From: Chrysomallon squamiferum
Lineage: Eukaryota > Animalia > Mollusca
DNA: 64,000 bases
Assembly: GCA_012295275.1 (NCBI GenBank)
Contig: CM022666.1
Location: 4,836,001 to 4,900,000 of the forward strand
Reading direction: 5' to 3'
Every line of letters begins with the position of its first letter. Position 1 is the stretch's first letter. A program made the translations under genes and the position numbers. The notes under the pieces are model-generated. The model was not told the origin of the DNA, made no database searches, and saw nothing but the letters and a program-made list of their open reading frames with translations. Positions 55,148 to 64,000 of this stretch are shown in pieces.

Positions 55148-55178
<31 letters not shown>

Positions 55179-57589
55179 AAAATAAATAAATAAAATGCCA
55201 GACTTGATTTATCAATTTTCACGGATGCCTGGTAAACCACTGTATATAAATACTCACCACTGAAATCCAATATGACAACACAGCGATGTGTAATGGAGCA
55301 GATAATCCTCCTGATGTAAACCTTGGACACGTGATACCACAAAGTTTGTCTCCAATTGCTGAAGAGTGTAAAGAGGAGAGTTTTTCATACTAAATTATTT
55401 ATATCACTGGAAAGACGTGGAAATTTAAAAAAATAATAATAATAAAGTTTTTTTTTTTTTTTTTTTCTCTCAACAAAAATAGGGAAAGTGTGACGGTAGA
55501 TTGGCAATCAAAGACATAACTTTCTAACAATGAAAACAATGTAAAAAAATTAAAGTGACAGAAAAACAGCTTGAGGTAACATAATGTGTCAAAGCGCAAT
55601 AAACATTCAGTGCCCTGAAGTGGAATAAATATGCAAACAGGTGGTAATATTTTGATCACGTGACTAATGAAGGCGATTATGGCTTGTTTGCAGTCTCTAC
55701 AGCCAAATCATCTTATTTTTTCAAAAACTTAGAAAACAGTTCGCGCTCGATAGATTTTGATGATTTAATTAAATCACTAAAATGTGTTTTTATTGTGAAA
55801 AATTCAAAAACAAACAACAGCACTCGGTGAACTCGGGTAGGGCTTAATAGCGGAAAGTTCGATGTTCTCGTAAACCAGCGGACATCAGATTTGAGAAGCA
55901 GGAAGGAAAATACCTTGACTAAAGTACTGTCAAAGTTTGAATAACACATTTAATCACCTTCGTAGGTAGATCGTCTGGTTCTTGAAACACTTCTGTAAAC
56001 ATTTTTGCTCCGATCAAAAAAAACAAAAACAGCTGAGGTAATGTTCTCTTTATCCGTTCCTAAAACCTTAATTAATAATTAAAAGTTGCATAATGTTCAT
56101 AAATAAACTACGTGCATTTATTGCTGTTTTTTACCTTTGTAGTTGTTGTTATTATTAATATTAACATTGCTGTTGTCGTTCAGAGCTCAGGTGGTAAAAA
56201 GCACAAAAAATAGCAACAACAAAACAACCAAAAAACAAACAACAACAATAATAAACAAAAACAAAACAGTACAAATAAGTCACGTTCTATTCTACGCACG
56301 TGAACGCACAGAGAAGAGAGGGGCCAGTCAGCTGTGGTGTTTTTGGACGAGGGTGAAGTTAATGTAATAATTGGACTCCAAGTGTTCAGTTGGCTGACCA
56401 AGTGTTGCCGATCCCTGAACAGTAGTAGCGTGAATGAAGCAGACAAACAAATGAGATCACACGTTAGATGAACATCTGACAGACAGCGAGGTCACTGTAG
56501 GTCGAGTGAACATGTCGACAGTGCATTTCGAACACACTACGTAGCCTACAAGTCAGTTGTTTATAGTGAATGAAACAGTTAGTGAAACAAGATATCAATC
56601 ACATGTTATGTGTACATTGTTCAGCGGCGTCATTGTAGACCGGGACTCAGAGTAAATACATAGACCGTGCATTTTGTATGAGCTAAGTCACTTAGATATT
56701 TATAAACACTGCTCTGGTAGATCTACTTTTAAGAATGTGATATGAATATGGTTATATAACAGCAATATTTAACTTACTGTCTATAAAGTATACAAATTAT
56801 CCTTCATAATTTAAAAAATTAAATCATGTCACTGATTGGTGAATAAACATCCACTGTACAGATTTACTGAACACAGGCACGCAATAGTAAATACATTACA
56901 TATTCAGTGTACAAAGAAAAGCCATTATGCACGGAGTATTCGTTATCATTTAACATTAATTATATTTACAACATCCACAGATGTGCATGTTTAGAATATT
57001 AATTGTACAAAAATATCTTTTCACACAGAACAGCTACAGCAGAACATCCATTGTGTACAGAACATCTACCATACAAGGACATTCACTGTACACTGAACAT
57101 CTACTGTACTTGAGCATCCAATGTACAGTGTATACAGAACATCTGTACAAGATCATCTTTTTACACAGGACACAGACTGAAGAACAACCACTGTATACAG
57201 AACAACGCCAACTGTACGTAGAACATTAGAGCATCTACTGCACAAAGAATATCCAGTATACAAGAATATCCACTGTACATAGAACATATATTGTACAAGA
57301 ACATCCATTGTATAATGTGAGTAAAACCTAAAATAATAACAAATAAAACATGAAGCGGAGTTCATCTTTTGTGAATGATGATTTTCATTGATTATTTTGT
57401 TAATAATATTCTGGATCATGAGGTTGTCAGTAACATTTTGAATGATGATGTTAACAATACAATTCTGAATGATGATGTTAACAATACAATTCTGAATGAT
57501 GATGCTCACAATGAAATTTTGAATGATGATGTAGAATAATGGCCATGGCAGTCTTTGTGTTTACTTATGATCCACGTTTATTTTCATTC

Positions 57590-57659
<70 letters not shown>

Positions 57660-57890
57660 TTTTTACTGAAATGAAAAGTCGTTGTGACACAAATAAATTC
57701 CTGGTTTATCTTATAGATTATGAAAACAAATCTCTATACACATACGAACACAATATTTCACAGAATCTGATGTCACTGTGAATATAAAACAATAAATATC
57801 AAATGAGATTTTTCAGGTTTGTGTATTTCCTGATATGACATGAAAGAAATATCAGAATGTAATGTTTTTAGGTTTTAAGTAAATTTCTTT

Positions 57891-59125
57891 TCATATATCT
57901 TTCATTGTCTGTTCCTCGCTGGTTTCAAAAAGTATTCTTAGCCTGACAAAACCAGATCTGTTAAAAGATGAAAAGAGAGAAAGTAAAAAAAAAAAAAAAA
58001 AAATTAATTTCATGGAGTAAGTTTAGTTCATATATATATATATATATAAGAAATTTAAAATATATATATATAATTAATTTATTAATAATTAATAAGGATA
58101 AGTAATTAAATTATAACTATAAATTACATAAAACTATACAGAAAAAATATTGCTTGATAAATTTAATAAATCAATAGCTTATCTAATAATAATAACAATA
58201 AACTAACTATAATGATCACAAAGAAACAAATAAAATAATATTCTTTACAACTGAAATTAAAAGAAAATTAATATTCAAGAGACCATCATAGACAGAAATA
58301 ATTTACCTTCTTATGTAGATCCATAAAACTGAACCAAACAGTTACTTGAGCACCACAATGGACAAAAATACAACAACAATTTGAGCTGTATCCATGACGA
58401 TGCGCCTGGCTGCAGTGAGTAAAGCGTCAAGTTGGTTTTCTACAATGTCTGGTCTCTCCGTCCTGTGAAAGTAAATTGTAAAAACAGAGAATTAAAATTT
58501 AAACAAATACAAGAAAACATATTACTTTAATTAGTGTCTTTAAGAATGTCAGTCATATTCAGATATGTACAAATATAATCTGAGTTCTCACATAAACACA
58601 ACTAAGACAAATGCACTTACAGATTTAAATTTATATTTGATAAAACTCTCTGTCGTGACTGGTTAAATTCTTTCATTTTCTATCTATCCCCGGATATATA
58701 AATTACATGATAAGTACTGTACTCTATTAGTCTTTAATAATGTATTCCTACCTGGATATATAAATTACATGGTATGTACTGTACTCTATTAGTCTTTAAT
58801 AATCTATTCCTACCTGGATATATAAATTACATGGTATGTACTGTACTGGAATAATACTGTATCCTGGATCTTCAAATCATGTCATTCTGTACCTTTTGTT
58901 TCATTTCCAGTTACATATGGATTAAAAAAAGAAGTCAACTAACAAAGAAGTATTTAAAAATAAAAATAATAAACTCACAGATAACACTTACCATATCATA
59001 ATGGAGACCCAGTCTGTTAAAACTTTGCTTGGTTAGCACGACCTCTGACACGTGTACACCGCCATAACAAGGAGACACACAACTACAGTGACAACAGCAT
59101 TTGGTATAAAAAGGTTTTGGACTAC
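57891..59125 (-). pseudogene. Membrane-protein gene copy, disrupted (Y, W, V; Z missing)
   Basis: Y 59125-58992 has the same 1-nt deletion as the 15-kb copy; W 58462-58307 has GAA->TAA; V 57957-57891; shares the exon-Z deletion and 62-bp minisatellite with the 14-16 kb copy. Confidence 0.8.
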
Positions 59126-59289
59126 CTGAATGGAAAATAAAACTGAAACAAAATATTAACTGCCAAAAAATGTCATCAACTATAATAATTACAATAACAA
59201 TAGCCATAAATAACAACAGCAATAACAATAATAGTACAATAATAGTACAATTATAATTATAAATACTCTACAGCTGATTTAGTGAACTA

Positions 59290-59324
<35 letters not shown>

Positions 59325-59754
59325 AAGTTGAAGAAAGGTATTCATTGTTCGATGTGTGTCCGTGTGTGTGTGTGTGTGAGATAGAGAACCAGAGTACCAG
59401 AAAGATACCAAAAGTTTTCAATCTGGTAAACAAACACAGCAAATCTAAAGTTTTTTATAAATTTAATCGAACATTACAATAACAATAGCCACAAATAACA
59501 ACAGCAGTAACAATAATAGTAATAGTAATAATAATAATGATATTACATTAACAATAACAAGCACTGTTTGAGATAAAGTTCCTTGAGTATTAAAGAGTTA
59601 TCTTCCTTAGTATATATATATATATATATATATTCACAACAAGCTTACACTAATACTCACGTATTAATAGACACGAATATATAACCATGGATACACATAT
59701 CAGACAGAAACATATATATACTTTTAAACACATACATATATACATTCATACATA

Positions 59755-59792
<38 letters not shown>

Positions 59793-59989
59793 GTATAATA
59801 ATAATAATAATAATACTAAAGGGAGACAATTTACATAGATTACACAGAGAAACAAAGGAACTGTGGAAAGACTGGATGGGCAGAGAAAAGGATAGAAATA
59901 AAAATAATTTCCAATATTTTAAAATACGTTTAATATTTGTATTTCATTTAATCTAATTTTCTTAGTAGCTTCAAAGACATGTACTGAGT

Positions 59990-60024
<35 letters not shown>

Positions 60025-61744
60025 TGTCATTATTGTTATTATTATTATTGTTTTATTTTTATTTATTTCTTTCATAAAACTCTATCCGTCTGTTAGTTTT
60101 CGAAACTTTTCCTATGAAGCAAGCGTTTGAAGAAAAGATGTGTGATAATCAGATAAATGAATGCAATATATTTTATTTTCCATTTAGTTATTAAAAAGTT
60201 ATTTTTGTTGTACTGTTTATTTATTTATTATATACATCAACATTACGTAGATTAAACTATATATATATATATATGTAAGCATATGAATAATTCCTGGCTT
60301 TTATTCAAAGATAGAGCAGCCTGCACTGTTTTGCGGTGTAGAATTTTATATTACGGTATATATTTATGTGGTCTTTAACAGTAAATATGGGGTCAATTAA
60401 CGGTTAATTAAAAATGTACTTAGTGACGTGGTTACAGTAAACGACTACTCCATCGCATAATATTTACTATATTACTACACAAGCGAATCCTGTAACCTAT
60501 AACGTATTTTTTGACAGCAGTGTGTAAATTTCATTCTACGTTGGTGATATTTCCATCTCATATAAACGTAAATACAACGTTCTTGACACTTCAGAGATAA
60601 TAAAAACTGAAATTATTAAAACAATGGAGTGGACATGACTATGATGATATGTAAGGCAGATTGCCAGAAATATAAATAAAGAAATATTGCTTCACAAAAA
60701 GTTGTCGCGTTACTTTCTTCTTATTTCCAAATGCACGAAATACTCCTCATTATGGGTTTGCTCAGGCAGCCTGAAAACAGAACCATTTTGAATCGGGGCT
60801 AAATATTAGTGAAACAAACCAGTTTTCATACATTTTATTTACGGCTTGGACATAATTTTCCAAAAATTTCCACGACTTTCCAAAACGCGTAGGAAATTCA
60901 TTCAGGTTATTCCAGTAAACAATCAGTATGTCAAGGTCACTGTATCCAACAGACGAAAGGGGAGCCATCACGTGATATAAATTTTAGCTTTGTTCAATAA
61001 ATGCGCATGCGTATTAGCAAGAGTTAGGACGCGCAATAGTGTATAGTGTTTTTACTATCATTTACTATCATACTGTGCGCGCGCACACACACATATACTC
61101 TTATACATTTTGTTTTACTTTAATTTTAATCATTTTTTTTTATTATTTACTTCTTTTTTTTTACCATTGTTTTTAATTAATTATATTTTTGCCTTTTTTT
61201 TTCTTCTTTTTCTTGATGTTTTACAAACTTTTTTTATTACTGATTATGAAGTAAAATTTATAGCCTGGATGGAAAGCTCAGTTCTAGAAGAAAGTTATTT
61301 ATTATTTCTCTGAAACCTTAATCTTAAGAAACACACTCATACACACACATTTTTAAAACAGTCTTATGAATGGGTGCACTGTCTTGCAAATGGCGTTCGT
61401 GACCTAGTTACTGCTTTGTAATTAAAAAATGTATCGGTGTTCATATTCATTTTCAACAACAATAACAACAACAACCACAACAATACATGCATTTATTTAT
61501 ATCAATAATAGTGCATTCATACTTTCTAAATCCGTCTAATAGTAATTCGGTTGACAACTTTACCTAGTGACCTGACAACTATTTATAGCTTGGGTGGAAA
61601 GCCCAGTGTGTTGCAAAAATATCGTGTAATTTTGTAACTGCAAGCAAGTAACACAAAATGATCTGTTACTTGTTAGTATTCATGACTCTCGGGATCCAGT
61701 GATACAAATCTGTCCTGGGCAAACTGCGTGGCTCTGTGCACTGC

Positions 61745-61900
61745 AATACAATAATAATGCCTCATAGTACAGTAATAATGTCTCATAGTACAGTAATAAT
61801 GTCTCATAGTACAATAATAATGTCTCATAGTACAATAATAATGCCTCATAGAACAATAATAATGTCTCATAGTACAGTAATAATGACTCATAGTACAGCA
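61745..61900. repeat. 21-bp minisatellite, ~7 copies
   Basis: Unit AATAATGTCTCATAGTACAGT; absent at the paralogous position ~20460. Confidence 0.92.
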
Positions 61901-62087
61901 GTACTGATTGAATGATGCTTCCTCTGCTTCGTTGTTAATTACTCTTATTCAGTTCATGTATCGCCAGCAATTATGTAATCATTTTAAACCATATTCCAAT
62001 AGTATAACTAATTAGTAATGGAAGATATATAAAAATAAATTTAAAAAGGTTAGATATACCAACATTACAGTTCACAAACAACCACAA

Positions 62088-62156
<69 letters not shown>

Positions 62157-62319
62157 CCCCCACTGAAGACGTTAAAGAAAGATTCAAGTATGTATAATAT
62201 AAATGTTTCACGATAATGTTAAAGTAAAAGAATCGTTTTATATATACAAGTCCATAGATACAGTGGGCGTACAGAAAATTAAATATGAACAGTTATAATT
62301 GAGGCCTCTCGTAAAATGT

Positions 62320-63065
62320 TTACAGCATATACAGGCCAAAGTAGGTTGTCTCAGGATCGCTCAAAATTCTGTTCACAACTGATGTTCTCACCACTACAGT
62401 GTCATTGGCTTTCAGGTAGTAAACAGCTCCAATGTAGGAAGGAACAAAACCTTCCTGGTATCTTCGTAATTTGCATGTTGTTTGAGGATTTCTGTAGAGA
62501 ACTTCATAATTTGGATATATTTCAATTGAGTGACACAGCCTAGCGTATTCTAGCTCTCTCAGTTGGTTGGCATGGAATAAAACGTTGCTGTATATGAAGT
62601 AGTAAGCAGCTTCTTTGACTTGAATCCCGTCAGCGACAACAGCCGCAGCTCCTTTCACAAACGATCTTTTACCAGACGACGTCCATTTGATGAAAGGCTT
62701 TGGTGTGTCTGAAAAGTTTGTAAGAATAAATTATTTTTAAATAATATTTTTATTTTAAATTGTCAACAGTTGTAGTTAATATTACTAATATATTTATATA
62801 ACTACTACAACCTCCTGCTATTAACTAGTTTAGTACCATCATTCATACTTTTACTACTAACGTGCTAATACTATTGTTATCACAATTTCTTCTATTATTT
62901 CCTAACCACTACTAATAACTATGTGATTACTACTACAACTACTTTTACCAGACCAACTACTACTAATACTTTTACTACTTTACTATTACTACACATTTAT
63001 TACCAAATCACCTTTTATACAGAGTAAATTACTTGCTACTAATACTACTACTACTACTACTAACA

Positions 63066-63098
<33 letters not shown>

Positions 63099-64000
63099 GC
63101 TACTACTACTGCTACTACTACTTGTTTTCTTACTTTTGTCATATGTTGCATTTACTTCCATTTGTAGATGAGCCGTTGTCTTCACATTGTTTTTATTATT
63201 CAGATTGTAAGCGACCTCTCTGATCTGTTTAAGTTTCTGTTCTGAAATATATATATATATATATAGATACAGACACATGTAGACTACTGATACATGTATA
63301 AATATATAGATTCATACATACATACATAGATTCGTACACATTGTTTTTATTATCTAAATTCAAAAGATCAGCGACATCTCTGATCTGCTTAAGTTTTGGT
63401 TCTGAAACACACACACACACACACATATATAAATATACACTTGTACATGTTTACATACATAGACTGTACACAAATATGCACGTACATACAAATACATAAT
63501 TATAAAAACTTTTGTGGATATTTAAATATGTGTGCCTGAATGTTTCTGTTTGTGTGTGGGTCTTTTTCTGTATGTTTGTCTGTCTGTGTTTGTGTATGTA
63601 TGTGTTTATGACTTTTTGTGTGTGTGTGTGTTTCTGCGACTTTGTGTTTTTACGTATGTCTGTGTGTGTATATGTGTATGTTAACTTACCACTTTTCTCA
63701 GCTTTTGTATGACTTTCACTCAGTTTCTAAAAAGAATGTTAATAACCAATTTGAAACTAGTCCACAATAATCAGTTTTAAATTTATAAATATTTTTCAGC
63801 ACTATTAATTTCTCCTTTTCATAATTCAAATATTATTATTTCATTTATAATGAATTTAACTTTTTATTATTTTTATAAAGAATTTAACTCTTTCTTAATT
63901 TCATATCTACAGAAAAGATTTTTTTTTTTTTAATGTATTTATGGAATATAAGTTTTTAGAATTAAATACAGAATTTACCTTTTTCATAATTTCACTGATC
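62320..64000 (-). CDS. TNF superfamily ligand, copy E (5' part outside window)
   Basis: E1 3' end 64000-63979, E2 63726-63690, E3 63241-63134, E4 62708-62320; GT-AG, open, closely similar to copy B including introns. Confidence 0.9.

Overview
AT-rich, microsatellite-dense eukaryotic genomic DNA. An invertebrate, mollusc-like origin is my inference from composition and gene type. There is a 200-N gap at 17667-17866. The window is a mosaic of segmental duplications carrying a tandem array of TNF-superfamily ligand genes, all read manually from GT-AG exons. Copies B (20797-22746) and D (52671-54776) are complete 264-aa type II ligands on the minus strand. Copy E (62320->64000) is intact where visible but runs off the window. 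Copy A is rearranged, and four heavily deleted relics remain. Interleaved are at least six partial copies of an unidentified multi-pass membrane-protein gene (exons called U, X, Y, Z, W, V here). The most striking structure is copy A. Its full TNF-domain exon lies inverted (+ strand, 5258-5646) inside intron 3, forming a ~230-bp foldback inverted repeat. On the sense strand, the first ~15 codons of the TNF exon are fused in frame to an exon of the membrane-protein gene whose four downstream exons are intact, giving a candidate TNF-stalk::membrane-protein chimeric gene. Also present: TATA promoters with a non-coding first exon and kB-like sites, duplicated stalk mini-exons, MULE/FLYWCH-like transposon relics and paralog-specific minisatellites. 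No RNA genes or CRISPR arrays are supported.
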